DNA from: Obrimoposthia wandeli
Taxonomy: Eukaryota
Assembly (NCBI GenBank): GCA_977020255.1
Contig: CDROCS010004085.1
Coordinates: 62,001-126,000 of the forward strand
Reading direction: 5' to 3'
DNA: 64,000 bases
Shown: one piece after another, positions 18,050 through 28,473 of the stretch
Position numbering within the stretch: the stretch's first letter is position 1
How the letters are laid out: each line of letters opens with the position of its first letter
Notes under the pieces: model-generated
Told to the model about the DNA's origin: nothing
Database searches by the model: none
Seen by the model: only the letters and a program-made list of their open reading frames with translations
Made by a program: the position numbers and the translations under genes

Positions 18050-19843
18050 CTATTCTGATTGTTCAGGCAAACGTTGATCTGTGGGCGTTTCGGGGTAAAT
18101 TGTTTTTCCCGCCTTGATTGTTTCGATAACCTGAATGGTATCTATTTTGCCTGCCGCGACAGTAAGTGGATTTTTATCGAGTATGACAAGATCTGCGACC
18201 TTACCTGCTTCTAATGATCCTTTTTGTGATTCTTCAAAAAATTGATAAGCTGCATTGATGGTGATCGCTTTCAAAGCTTGAGCCGGAGATATTCGTTCAT
18301 CGGAACCAATAATAGTACCGCCTCGAGACAGTCGGTTGACTGCCGTCCATACCATGAATAAAGGGTTTAAAGGGGTCACCGAGAAATCGGTATGATTAGT
18401 GAACCGTAATTCTTGTTTTAAAGCTGATTGCATTGGATTGGATGTAAAAACGCGTTCTTTACCTAAACTGTTTATCTGTGCATCACCCCAGAAAAAAGCA
18501 TTGTTGCTAAAAAAACTAGGGATAAGCCCAAGTTTTTTAAACTGATCAAAGTGAGAAGGGCGCATGAATTGTGAATTGACAACAACATGGCGTTGATTTT
18601 GTTCGCTATTGATTTTTAGTTCATAGTTAACTTGAATGACAGTGTCGATTGCAGCGTCACCATTTGCTGATGTGTAAACGGGTAAACCTTGTTCAACACT
18701 ATATTGATAGTATTGTTTGAATTTACTGTAAGGCATGATTGGTTCACTACGCCAAGCTGAATTGGTGTTATCTAGGTTGTCTGGGTCTGCATTTCCGGTT
18801 AAATACGGTTGAGTAAACCAAGCACCTTTGCTTTGTGGCGAGCCATCCATGATGAGTTTCATTCCCCCAAGCTTTAAATGATCGGAGTATTGCGCGGGTT
18901 CAACGCTATTTGTGTCTAGAATGCTTTTTATATCGGTGAATAAAGGCAGTGAAATAACATCGAGGAAGAGTTGTTTATTCACCGCCGCTTGTTGCAGTAG
19001 TTCAAACTCTTTTTGTAACGTTGAGCCCTCAACAATCGTTGTATAGCCATATTTTGCGTATTCCATTTGAGCGCGAAATAGAGAATCCAATAATGTTTGT
19101 TCGTCCGATTTAGACAGCGATCGATAAATAGGCAGGAAAGCGGCCTCCATCACTAAACCCGCGGGTTCATTTGTGCCTTTGATCCGGCTAATGATACCGC
19201 CATAAGGAGTGGGTGTTTGTTCATTAATATTGAAAGCTTCAAGCGCGAGTGAGTTCAGCACTGCACCATGGTTTGATACACGTATGATCATAACTGGATT
19301 ATCGGGAAAGACGGGATCAAGTTCATTGATCGTTATGTCGTATAATTCTTCTAATGCCGTGGGATCGTAACCATAAGCGATGATCCATTCCCCTTGTTTG
19401 ATCGCATGTTGTTCTTTGTGTTTAAGCAATGCTGCGAGTAAATCAATAAAGTTTGTCGTTGTGCCAACTGGGGGAGCTGAAACATTCGCCCAATTATTAA
19501 TTTTAAGGGCTGTTGTGAAGTGGCTGTGAGCATCAATAAAGCCAGGTAGCAGGGTTTTCCCCTTTAAATCGATGATGGTAGTGTGAGAATTACGGTAAAA
19601 ATTGATTGTTTCTATATTACCTACCGCAATGATTCTCCCATCTGTAATCGCCAGTGCTTCTGCTGTTTCAGGGGTTGCCATGGTTAAAATGTTACCATTA
19701 AAGTAGATAGTATCGGCTGAGGAAATATTGTCGGCATGCTGGTGTTTATCATCACAATTAACAGTGATAAATGTTATCGCGATAATAGCAAAAGAATAAA
19801 ATAATCTGTTTAGCCTCTGACGTAAATTCAATGCCTTATACAT
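18050..19843 (-). CDS. Amidohydrolase-3 (YtcJ-like) family protein, probably exported
   Basis: LLPGFIDAHSH, KLIMDGSPQ, NHTD, GSLEAGKVADLVILD; N-terminal hydrophobic segment ending in TVNC. Confidence 0.9.
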   Translation of the reverse strand: MYKALNLRQRLNRLFYSFAIIAITFITVNCDDKHQHADNISSADTIYFNGNILTMATPETAEALAITDGRIIAVGNIETINFYRNSHTTIIDLKGKTLLPGFIDAHSHFTTALKINNWANVSAPPVGTTTNFIDLLAALLKHKEQHAIKQGEWIIAYGYDPTALEELYDITINELDPVFPDNPVMIIRVSNHGAVLNSLALEAFNINEQTPTPYGGIISRIKGTNEPAGLVMEAAFLPIYRSLSKSDEQTLLDSLFRAQMEYAKYGYTTIVEGSTLQKEFELLQQAAVNKQLFLDVISLPLFTDIKSILDTNSVEPAQYSDHLKLGGMKLIMDGSPQSKGAWFTQPYLTGNADPDNLDNTNSAWRSEPIMPYSKFKQYYQYSVEQGLPVYTSANGDAAIDTVIQVNYELKINSEQNQRHVVVNSQFMRPSHFDQFKKLGLIPSFFSNNAFFWGDAQINSLGKERVFTSNPMQSALKQELRFTNHTDFSVTPLNPLFMVWTAVNRLSRGGTIIGSDERISPAQALKAITINAAYQFFEESQKGSLEAGKVADLVILDKNPLTVAAGKIDTIQVIETIKAGKTIYPETPTDQRLPEQSE

Positions 19844-20035
19844 CTACATCACCTTCGCACTATTTTATTAGATCTTAGACGATAAATCCTAGCTGCTAAT
19901 AAAGGCAAAATAATCAAAGGTTGAGCACGAAACACAGGGTGTAAGTTGGCTTAGTTAATCAATATAGGCTAAACGTTAAAGATAGGAAAAAGCCCCTTTT
20001 ATTTCATATTGATAGCTAAACGAAGGAACGTTGTA

Positions 20036-20545
20036 ATGAAGAAATTATTGCTTGCTGCTACGCTCGCATTGACTTGTCTACCTGCTAGTGCAGATATACT
20101 TGGGATCTCTGTTGGTGCAAGTGCGGGTGCATCACGGGTTGATTATAAAGGTAACAGTGATACTGGGTATGAATATGGTATTGATGGCACTTACCATATT
20201 AATGATATTTTTAGTGTGAATGTCGGTATCGTTCAAGGTAGTGCTGATGTAGATGATGATATTTCATCATTTACAAATGACATTGATTATACCGCTGTGC
20301 CAATTACGCTTCGTGGTGATTTACCGTTATTAATTGGTAGTCTTTACGCTAAAGCTGGCACGAGCTATTACGATGTTGATATTTCAAATGCGAGTTTTAA
20401 GGATGATGGTTGGGGGTTTACTGGCGGAGCAGGTTTTGTTTTAACGTTAATCCCATTAATCGATTTAACCATTGGTTATGAATACCGAGATATGGGTGAA
20501 GTTGAAAATAACGCCGTTGTTCTCGGTGTTGGCTTTAGTTTATAA
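20036..20545 (+). CDS. Outer-membrane beta-barrel protein (OmpA-like transmembrane/porin family)
   Basis: Signal peptide MKKLLLAATLALTCLPASA, about 8 alternating beta strands, C-terminal LGVGFSL; RBS aagga before ATG 20036. Confidence 0.8.
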   Translation: MKKLLLAATLALTCLPASADILGISVGASAGASRVDYKGNSDTGYEYGIDGTYHINDIFSVNVGIVQGSADVDDDISSFTNDIDYTAVPITLRGDLPLLIGSLYAKAGTSYYDVDISNASFKDDGWGFTGGAGFVLTLIPLIDLTIGYEYRDMGEVENNAVVLGVGFSL

Positions 20546-20559
20546 GTCAGCATAAAAAG

Positions 20560-20599
20560 AAAGCCCATCAACTTGTAACAATAAGTTGATGGGCTTTTT
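20560..20599. terminator. Bidirectional intrinsic terminator
   Basis: aaagcccatcaactt-N8-aagttgatgggcttt between convergent genes. Confidence 0.85.
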
Positions 20600-20626
20600 T
20601 GTACACAATTGAACATCAATTACGGA

Positions 20627-21757
20627 TCAATGATCAAGATAGAGGTAATTCTGCCAACTCTTCATTCGAATAAGGACTTTACGCATTATAGAAACATGCT
20701 CAAAGCTGTCGGAATAAACCGCAATTTCGACACTTGTACCACGGGGTAGATTATATTGTGAAATATCATCGGTAATACGCAATGTCACTAATGGGCGGCC
20801 TTGACGACGTAGAGCGTCAGTACCGATTAACGTACCTTGTGCTTGAATTTGGCTTTCCCCTATTGCAGGAAGTACACCGATGACTTCACCTTGGAATGTT
20901 TTTCCTGGTAATGCTTTGAAAATGAAATCAGCTTTAAATCCCTTCTCTAAGCGTAGCAGTGAGTTTTGACGAAAAGCGCCGACATAAAACTCTTCTTCTT
21001 GGTGAAGAAAAGTCATTACAGGGCGTAATGGTACAGGCACTGCCATCATACCGGGACGTAAGGTAAGCTGTGTAACGTAACCATCTGTTGGTGCTGTTAC
21101 AACGGTTTCCTTAAGGTTGAATTGCGCTTTGGTTAATAGTGCACGAATTTGGGCAACCTTAGTGTTATCTCCCATTATTTCTGATTCAAAAGCTAATTTT
21201 GCACGGCGCTCTTCAGCTTTTGCTGCTTCCAATGATGCTTCTGCACTTAAATAGAATTGGCGACGATTATCCACATCTGATTGAGTAAATGCGCCTTTTT
21301 TATAACCTTTTTCATAACGTTTGAATTGCTGTAACGTACGATCGCGTTCGGCTTTGGCTTTAAATGTTGTAGCTTGAGCTGCTTTATATGAAGCCTCTAG
21401 CCCTAACACCAGTTGTTTTGCTTCGGCTAGCGAGGCTTGTTGTAAATTCACTTCTGCTTGAAAAGGCGTTGGGTCTAGTTTGAATAATACCTCCCCTTTT
21501 TTTAATAACACATTGGCTGTTACTGGTACTTCAATAACTTTCCCCCGAACACCTGGAACTATAGGTGTTGTAACAAAATATTGACCGCCAATAGCTGTGT
21601 GAGGATGGTTATAGTTCATTAATAGAATCAGTGTGCCAACTAACGCAATGCCACCCAATACCGCTGTCGGTACAGTCCACTTGTTTAATGGGATTTTAAA
21701 GATTTTAAAGACAGCAATACATAATGCGGTATAGGTAAGAATAAGTAGTAAATCCAT
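20627..21757 (-). CDS. HlyD-family membrane fusion protein (YibH/YiaV-like)
   Basis: N-terminal TMs, VPGVRGKVIEV, GEVLFKLDP, VVTAPTDGYV. Confidence 0.9.
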   Translation of the reverse strand: MDLLLILTYTALCIAVFKIFKIPLNKWTVPTAVLGGIALVGTLILLMNYNHPHTAIGGQYFVTTPIVPGVRGKVIEVPVTANVLLKKGEVLFKLDPTPFQAEVNLQQASLAEAKQLVLGLEASYKAAQATTFKAKAERDRTLQQFKRYEKGYKKGAFTQSDVDNRRQFYLSAEASLEAAKAEERRAKLAFESEIMGDNTKVAQIRALLTKAQFNLKETVVTAPTDGYVTQLTLRPGMMAVPVPLRPVMTFLHQEEEFYVGAFRQNSLLRLEKGFKADFIFKALPGKTFQGEVIGVLPAIGESQIQAQGTLIGTDALRRQGRPLVTLRITDDISQYNLPRGTSVEIAVYSDSFEHVSIMRKVLIRMKSWQNYLYLDH

Positions 21758-22140
21758 TAGATATCCTCCCCTTGTTGTGTTGCTTGAGCTGGTGGTTTTT
21801 TCGCTTGTGCTACTTCAAGCTGAGCTACTTTTTCAGTCAATTTTTCGACTTGTTCAGTTAATTGCCCTATTTCATGGTGGAGTTCACTTTGCTCGTTTTG
21901 AATTTTAGTAAAACCCCAGCCACGATCTTCTCGCCATAATGTGGACCAAATCCATAAGAATGGCCATATAGCGTGTAATGTGAACAAACTAACCCATCCT
22001 GCATAGTGGATAGCATCTTGGTGAGGGTGATTACGTTTTTTAGAAATTTCATAAGGGATATCGTGTATTGCAATGACGCCATAAAAAATGACGATAGCAA
22101 CAAAGAAAAGTAACCCTAATGCGAAATAGTCGAGAAACAT
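21757..22140 (-). CDS. DUF3302 membrane protein (YibI/YiaW-like)
   Basis: IHDIPYEISKKRNHPHQDAIHYAGWVSLFTLHAIWPFLWIW; coupled to the HlyD gene. Confidence 0.85.
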   Translation of the reverse strand: MFLDYFALGLLFFVAIVIFYGVIAIHDIPYEISKKRNHPHQDAIHYAGWVSLFTLHAIWPFLWIWSTLWREDRGWGFTKIQNEQSELHHEIGQLTEQVEKLTEKVAQLEVAQAKKPPAQATQQGEDI

Positions 22141-22497
22141 CCGTGCTCCTTAAAGCCTCTATTGGCAATGTAACGTAGGTAAGCCATAAGTTATTTACTG
22201 GCGTAAACGTTGTTAGACCTTGATAATTAAAGTAATCTTTTAACAAATTAACATTAACACTACAGGTGCATTGATTGTAGTGCTAAATGACATTTAATAC
22301 TGAAAAAAGCAGATAATTTATTACCTTATAAGATTTAATGTTTGCATGATTCTTTATTGCTATGAGTACACAAATAAGATTATTTTTTAATTCGTTTATC
22401 ATTACAGAATAATCACACATTAAATTCAGTATTTTGTGCTTCAGAATTAGGACTTCATGCCGCTATAAGAAGTGAGTTACTTTTTGCTTGAGGATGT

Positions 22498-23805
22498 ATG
22501 CCAGATTTTAGTATGTGGTTAGGATTACTTGGAGTACCACTGATTTGGGGAGTGGTCAGGTATTCCTTTGTGGTGAAGAAGAGAGAAGAACAAGCTAAAC
22601 AACAAGCACTGAAAGATGAAAGGTACAGATTAGTTTTAGAAAAAGCGAAAATCGCAGAGCGAGAAGAGAAAATATTTAAAGCCCAGACGGGCCATGTACT
22701 CAGTCAACTTTCGCTAGGTAAAGAATATGAATTAACCAATATTCGTGAAGCGCTTAATTGGTATAACAAAGCCGCTGTTTTAGATAATGATATTGGTCAA
22801 AATGCAATGGCACGATTGAGCCGTGCTGATATTGATGATTCGGATGGTGAAGCAAAATCTTTGTACTGGGAAGCGGTAGTAAAAGCCAAACGTAAAGATG
22901 AAGAGGCTTTATTTTCGTTGGGACGATTTCTTATGCAAGGTAGCGGTGTCGAGTCTGATATTGGCGCAGGTATTGAAAAAATTATCGCATCTGCCGAGAT
23001 GGAATACGTTCCCGCACAGTTATTTTTGGGGGATTGGTACGTTGCAGAGTCTAACGCGTTTAAAGAACCACACAGTGCCTTTTCTTGGCGTCTACAAGCC
23101 GCAAAAAATAATGATATTAAAGGGTTTATTAAAACGGCTTATTGTTACCAGAGTGGCATTGGTATCGAGAAAAATCGGATTCATGCAATCTATTGGTTAG
23201 AACGTGCTGCTGAACAAGGCAATAGTGAAGCGCAATATCTCGCTGCTCAAATGCATTTAGGGTCAAACGCGAATGATGCTGCGGTAGCTTATATATGGTT
23301 CTCGATTGCTTATGCGTCGGGTTATAAAGACGCTAAAAAAAATCGTGATGAAGTGGTACAACATATTGGTATTGAATCGATTTTGAATATCCAGAACGTT
23401 GCTAAGTCAATGTATAAAGCTTTACGCGTACAACCTGTAGTATCACATTCTTTGATTCACCTTCTTGATCAGGTTTACGGGCGAGCTGGCTATCAACCAA
23501 CAGATGAAGAACTGAATCAAATAATATCGAACTGTACCCAGTCAGGTAATGTGTTAGCAGAAGCAGAACCAACGAAAGAGATAGTGACTGATATTCCGAT
23601 TATCCCCATGTTTGCAGCTGAATCAGTAAAACCTAATGCTAATGTAACAACAAGTGCAGTGGTAACAAAGAGTGCTGCAGTACCAACGAATGGACAAGTA
23701 GCGGAAAAAAATGAGACAGCGACCAGCCAATATCAACAGCAAAGTTGGGCATCATCTTGGGATTCGTTAGAGAATGAAACTCAAGATAAGGCTACCTCTA
23801 AGTAG
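22498..23805 (+). CDS. Membrane-anchored Sel1/tetratricopeptide repeat protein
   Basis: N-terminal TM; repeated A..LG..Y..G.G....A..W...AA.QG motifs; low-complexity tail. Confidence 0.85.
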   Translation: MPDFSMWLGLLGVPLIWGVVRYSFVVKKREEQAKQQALKDERYRLVLEKAKIAEREEKIFKAQTGHVLSQLSLGKEYELTNIREALNWYNKAAVLDNDIGQNAMARLSRADIDDSDGEAKSLYWEAVVKAKRKDEEALFSLGRFLMQGSGVESDIGAGIEKIIASAEMEYVPAQLFLGDWYVAESNAFKEPHSAFSWRLQAAKNNDIKGFIKTAYCYQSGIGIEKNRIHAIYWLERAAEQGNSEAQYLAAQMHLGSNANDAAVAYIWFSIAYASGYKDAKKNRDEVVQHIGIESILNIQNVAKSMYKALRVQPVVSHSLIHLLDQVYGRAGYQPTDEELNQIISNCTQSGNVLAEAEPTKEIVTDIPIIPMFAAESVKPNANVTTSAVVTKSAAVPTNGQVAEKNETATSQYQQQSWASSWDSLENETQDKATSK

Positions 23806-23861
23806 CAGGAAGTGGCTTGGCTATATAAAGCGTACGCTGTTTGAATAACGTTCATATGATC

Positions 23862-23886
23862 AAAAGGCTCATTCAACGAGCCTTTT
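23862..23886. terminator. Bidirectional intrinsic terminator
   Basis: aaaaggctc-attcaac-gagcctttt. Confidence 0.75.
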
Positions 23887-23915
23887 GGTTTTGTGATTCT
23901 GCTCTGGCGCTACGC

Positions 23916-24572
23916 TTAAATATATTCTAATAACTGTGGCATCGCGCTGAGTTGTGTAACATTGGGATGTACAATTTGTTCAGATTCTGGGGTCGCGAGA
24001 AAATGGAAAGTGCGAATATCGGCGTTAATGCCAGCCATTACGCCTGTTATCGTATCGTCAACGAAAATACATTGATGCAGTGGAATACCCATATTCATTG
24101 CCGCAAGATGAAGTAAATCAGGTTCAGGCTTCCAACTGTTTGCTTCGAAGGCACTAAATAGCTTCCCATCAAAATATGGCAGTAAGCCTGTTAATCCAAG
24201 AATATGCTCAATTTTATTAACAGGAGCATTCGACGCTATACACATTTCATAATTATTTTTCGTCAGGGTGGCTAATAACTCTGGTACACCTTGTATGGGT
24301 TGTAAGCCTTTCTCAAATAGCTGATTACATTCTTGTCGATAAATGGGCTCAAGTACATCGAGAGAAATGGTTAATCCAGCTCGCTTGCAGGTTTCAGTTA
24401 GAATATCAGCCATCTTTCCACCTTGGAAATGACGCATACAATCGTCAAGGTCGAGTGTTACACCAAACTTGGCAAAAATATTGACTAATGCTTGATTACA
24501 TAGCTTTTCACTATCAACTAGTGTGCCATCACAATCAAAAATAACACATTGAATAGGTCTTTCCTTTTTCAT
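23916..24572 (-). CDS. yieH: HAD-IA hydrolase, 6-phosphogluconate phosphatase YieH-like
   Basis: VIFDCDGTLVDSE, IASNA, WKPEPD, FVDDT; start taken at MKKERP (24572). Confidence 0.8.
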   Translation of the reverse strand: MKKERPIQCVIFDCDGTLVDSEKLCNQALVNIFAKFGVTLDLDDCMRHFQGGKMADILTETCKRAGLTISLDVLEPIYRQECNQLFEKGLQPIQGVPELLATLTKNNYEMCIASNAPVNKIEHILGLTGLLPYFDGKLFSAFEANSWKPEPDLLHLAAMNMGIPLHQCIFVDDTITGVMAGINADIRTFHFLATPESEQIVHPNVTQLSAMPQLLEYI

Positions 24573-24989
24573 GCTAACGGCTCCTAATTTCCTCTCTGCA
24601 TACACAATTAATACAGCAAAATCATTTCCACAAGGTGCATATTGATGTTTTGTTATCTTTAAACGGTAAATTATCATTTTAATCGGAAAGTTTGCGATAT
24701 TGAGCCATTCAAACAGATGTTTAGTTCAGTGATTAAAGGTAGCTTGGGTATAGAGCATTGTTCGCTTGAAATAATGGTTTCAATATAAATAAATATCGAC
24801 GATTTATACCAATGTGAGATATTGTCGTTGCGAGTAACAGGCTATACTTTTTAACAAAAGCAGATAAAGGCAGTGCTGTACACTTATTGCGTTATAGAGT
24901 TGTTCTTATCAGAAATGCCAATAAAAAAGTGCATCGATAGGTTCTAGTCAAAAGACATTAAGTGATCAGCGAACAATTAGGGTGTTTCT

Positions 24990-25685
24990 ATGTCTTCAAA
25001 ATCATCTTCTACCATTTTTTCAACATGGATTGGTGGCTACGAAATAAATAAACATGTTACCAATCCCAATATCGAAGTGGGTGACTTTACCTATTATTCT
25101 GGTTACTACCACGATAAGCACTTTGAAGATCAATGTGTACGTTACTTACTCGGAGATAGCTCCAGCCACAGTGTGTGGGAGTCTGGGGTGTTTGGTGATG
25201 TCGATAAGTTGATTATTGGTAAGTATTGCTCTATTGCGTCTGGGGCGACATTTATGCTGGCGGGTAACCAAGGGCATCGGCACGAATGGATATCGTCTTT
25301 CCCTTTCGATTACGAGGTATTTGGCGATAAAGTAAAATCTGGTTTCGAACTGGCTGGTGATACTGTTATTGGCAATGATGTCTGGATAGGCAGTGAATGT
25401 GTCATTATGCCAGGCGTAACGATTGGCGATGGTGCTGTTATTGGTGCACGGGCTGTGGTGACGAAAGATGTTGAACCTTACACTGTTGTTGTTGGTAATC
25501 CCGGCAATGCGGTGAAATTCCGTTTTACTGAGTCGCAAATTGAGATGTTACTTGAAATGAAGTGGTGGAATTGGCCAATTGAAGTATTACAAGCCAATAT
25601 GGATTTAATGTGTAGCTCTGATATTGATGGTTTATATCAACGATTTCTTCAGTTTCAGGATATGTTAACAAGTACTGACGAATAG
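24990..25685 (+). CDS. catB: CatB-related xenobiotic O-acetyltransferase (hexapeptide repeat)
   Basis: NPNIEVGDFTYYSGYYH, LIIGKYCSIASG, GNQGHRHEWISSFPF, IGNDVWIG, MKWWNW. Confidence 0.85.
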   Translation: MSSKSSSTIFSTWIGGYEINKHVTNPNIEVGDFTYYSGYYHDKHFEDQCVRYLLGDSSSHSVWESGVFGDVDKLIIGKYCSIASGATFMLAGNQGHRHEWISSFPFDYEVFGDKVKSGFELAGDTVIGNDVWIGSECVIMPGVTIGDGAVIGARAVVTKDVEPYTVVVGNPGNAVKFRFTESQIEMLLEMKWWNWPIEVLQANMDLMCSSDIDGLYQRFLQFQDMLTSTDE

Positions 25686-25756
25686 ATGCTGAGTTGATAG
25701 GTTATGGTGCTATTGATTGGTGGTAGTACACCATTGATTGTTAAATCATAATGATA

Positions 25757-26683
25757 CTATTTTTCTTCCCAGCATTTTTGAAGTGCTAATTCCAATGGTG
25801 TGTGCGTTATTTCACTGTTATTGATTAACGGCAAGGTATTATGAGGGTACATCCCTCCTTGTTGCCATAATGACCGTACCTTTAAAAAACCCCTAAATAA
25901 GGGTGAAAATAAGGCAATAAACTCCATTATTGTCCAATGCAAATGAGTAATGGTTACGGGCTTTCCGCTGCTTAATGCTAGGCAGCGTGCGATATCATTA
26001 ATGCTCGCTGTATGTCCTGAATAATAGAACGTATCGAAAGCGTTAAACTCATGCTGTTGATGGGTAACAATGTGAACCAAATTCTTAGCAAGGTCGGGTA
26101 AATAGGTCCAATGATGTTTCATGGCTTTCTCGCTAGGTGATTGCAAAATGAGTTGGTGCTCAGTTTCTTTTACTAACATGCCTAAGTGACATTTTCTATG
26201 GGTGAACCCGAGTGTATGTCCGCAGCCCATCACTAATACTCTTACATCAGCTTTGCTTGCATGGTATAGCCTGTTATGCAGTTTATGTGGCAGTGCAATT
26301 TTAATCGGTTTCTTTTGGTGCCAAAAAGCAAGCGAGGGAAGCTGATTTTGTTTAATGTGGTATTTGTTTGTCGTGATAATTAATTGGAGGCTAAAAAATT
26401 CAGCTAGTTGGATGATTTGTTCTAACGAAAAGATGAGATTGTTGCGTTGATTAGTATCGGTCTCTGGCAGGTGAATAAAAATGGCATCAATATCTTCTAC
26501 GAGTTGATAAAGAAAGTCTAAATCAGCATGAGTTAGTTCGACCAACGTTAAATTACCAAGAATAGGTGCATTTATTTCGTTTTCTTTGATTGCCCCCAGC
26601 ACCTCCCAATCTTGTTCTATTAATGCTTGACAAAGATGTTTACCCATTTCTTCGCAGATACCAAAAACTAATGCTGTTTTCAT
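25757..26683 (-). CDS. Rossmann-fold epimerase/NmrA-like protein with degenerate dinucleotide-binding motif
   Basis: MKTALVFGICEEMG at the GxxGxxG position; HHWTYLPDLA motif of LysR-linked NAD-dependent epimerase-like proteins. Confidence 0.6.
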   Translation of the reverse strand: MKTALVFGICEEMGKHLCQALIEQDWEVLGAIKENEINAPILGNLTLVELTHADLDFLYQLVEDIDAIFIHLPETDTNQRNNLIFSLEQIIQLAEFFSLQLIITTNKYHIKQNQLPSLAFWHQKKPIKIALPHKLHNRLYHASKADVRVLVMGCGHTLGFTHRKCHLGMLVKETEHQLILQSPSEKAMKHHWTYLPDLAKNLVHIVTHQQHEFNAFDTFYYSGHTASINDIARCLALSSGKPVTITHLHWTIMEFIALFSPLFRGFLKVRSLWQQGGMYPHNTLPLINNSEITHTPLELALQKCWEEK

Positions 26684-26787
26684 ACAATATCCTTATCTAT
26701 GCGAGTTGCTTCATCTATTTTATTAAGCAGTCTGTCGTGTATTGGCGGTATAGTAAACCTACAAAAAAGTATGGTGGATATACGAAT

Positions 26788-27681
26788 ATGAATAGCGTGG
26801 AATGGGACTGTATTCGGATATTTCTAGCGGTGGCTGAACATGGAAGCATGTCTGCTGCTGCGCAAGTGTTGGGAATGTCTCAACCGACGGTAAGTCGTCA
26901 AATTTTGGCGCTTGAAGAGCGAACCGGATTACATTTATTTGAACGTTCAACAAGCGGCTTAAAGCTAACAGCAGTCGGTCGTCAATTGTTAGAGTCAGCG
27001 AAAGATACTGCACTAGGTGCAGAGCGTTTTTCTCGTCAGGTTAATGGTAGCTCAATTGAAGAATCGGGTAATGTACGTTTAGCTGTGAGTGAGTTATTTG
27101 GTTTTCATTTTTTACCTGATGCTTTAGCTGCATTTCACCGAATACACCCTTTAATTAATGTTGAGTTGATTGTGTCGAATGACAAGGTGAATTTAAATAA
27201 ACGTGATGCAGATATTTCGATATGTCAGCAAAAGCCAGAGCAGCCCGATCTTGTTGTTACGTTTTTAATGAATAGAAAATTGGGTTTTTTTGCTCATAAA
27301 GCCTATATTGATGATGTCGGTTATCCTGAAACATCAGATGATATTTATCGCGCACCGTATAGTATTATAGGGTTTGATAACAGCAATAAATATATTAATG
27401 AGGCTGAAAAGATGGGACGTAATTTATCCCAAAAACAATTTACTTTTCGTACTGATAGTTACCAAATGCAACTCAATTTGATCCAAGCAAAAGCAGGTGT
27501 GGCTGTTACCATTGCGGAAATTGCTCATAAAACCCCCGATTTAATTGAAATATTAAATGATATTCCATTGCCTAATATTACGTGGTGGCTAGTTTGTCAT
27601 CGAGATGTGCAGGTGAACCCCCGAATTCATCATTTAATGGTTTTTTTAAGAGAGTGGTTTCAAAAACAAGAGGAAAAATAA
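26788..27681 (+). CDS. LysR-family transcriptional regulator
   Basis: FLAVAEHGSMSAAAQVLGMSQPTVSRQILALE HTH; start at ATG 26788 after ggtgga. Confidence 0.92.
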   Translation: MNSVEWDCIRIFLAVAEHGSMSAAAQVLGMSQPTVSRQILALEERTGLHLFERSTSGLKLTAVGRQLLESAKDTALGAERFSRQVNGSSIEESGNVRLAVSELFGFHFLPDALAAFHRIHPLINVELIVSNDKVNLNKRDADISICQQKPEQPDLVVTFLMNRKLGFFAHKAYIDDVGYPETSDDIYRAPYSIIGFDNSNKYINEAEKMGRNLSQKQFTFRTDSYQMQLNLIQAKAGVAVTIAEIAHKTPDLIEILNDIPLPNITWWLVCHRDVQVNPRIHHLMVFLREWFQKQEEK

Positions 27682-27997
27682 TAGGATGATGTGCCAGCGC
27701 AACCTAACGGAAAGTGCGAGTCAAATTGAAGCCAGAAAGATATTCAATTTATGATGAATGAAACGTTAAATAATCCATAGCTATTATTTTTATCAACTTG
27801 ATATTTAATCACGAAAAAGGTTTTAATCGATAGTTGTTTTTATAATTTAAGGCGATGATTTTAAATGTTGATCTTGGTCCTGTATTAGCTAACTTTTGGT
27901 CAACCAATTAGCGTTGGTGGTATATAATAGCTACATTCTATCGGTGAAGATGCCTTTGGTAATATTTTTAAAATAATTCAGATGAGTAGAGGTTATT

Positions 27998-28465
27998 TTG
28001 TTTAAAGGTAATTTAAATCAGTTATGTTTAGTTTCAGGATTACCTGAAAAAATAATGGAATGTATAATTAGTGTAAAAAATAGTTTAGAGCATAATGTCG
28101 ACGTGGGTACTTATCCACTACTAGAAGATAAAGCATTTTTCTTTATTGTTGATGACCATACCGAGCTATTAGAAAAAAGACGTTCTGAATGTCATCAAAA
28201 ATACATTGATGTGCAAATAGTATTAGAAGGTGAAGAAACATTCGGTTATAGCGAATATCCATTTTTATCGTTAGATGAAAACTTGTTTGAAGAAAAAGAC
28301 ATCGCTTTTAGTGAAGATATTATTAATGAACAATTTGTAACACTACAGTCTTGTGATTTCATTGTTTTCACTGCAGAACAGCCTCATCGCCCATTAATCG
28401 CGGTTAATGCTCCCGCTCCAGTTAAAAAAGTAGTGATTAAAATCGATAGAACGTTAGTGAATTAG
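27998..28465 (+). CDS. YhcH/YjgK/YiaL (NanQ/TabA-like) family sugar-acid anomerase/epimerase
   Basis: ECHQKYIDVQIVLEGEE, FIVFTAEQPHRP, VKKVVIKI. Confidence 0.88.
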   Translation: MFKGNLNQLCLVSGLPEKIMECIISVKNSLEHNVDVGTYPLLEDKAFFFIVDDHTELLEKRRSECHQKYIDVQIVLEGEETFGYSEYPFLSLDENLFEEKDIAFSEDIINEQFVTLQSCDFIVFTAEQPHRPLIAVNAPAPVKKVVIKIDRTLVN

Positions 28466-28473
28466 GTGAAAGC

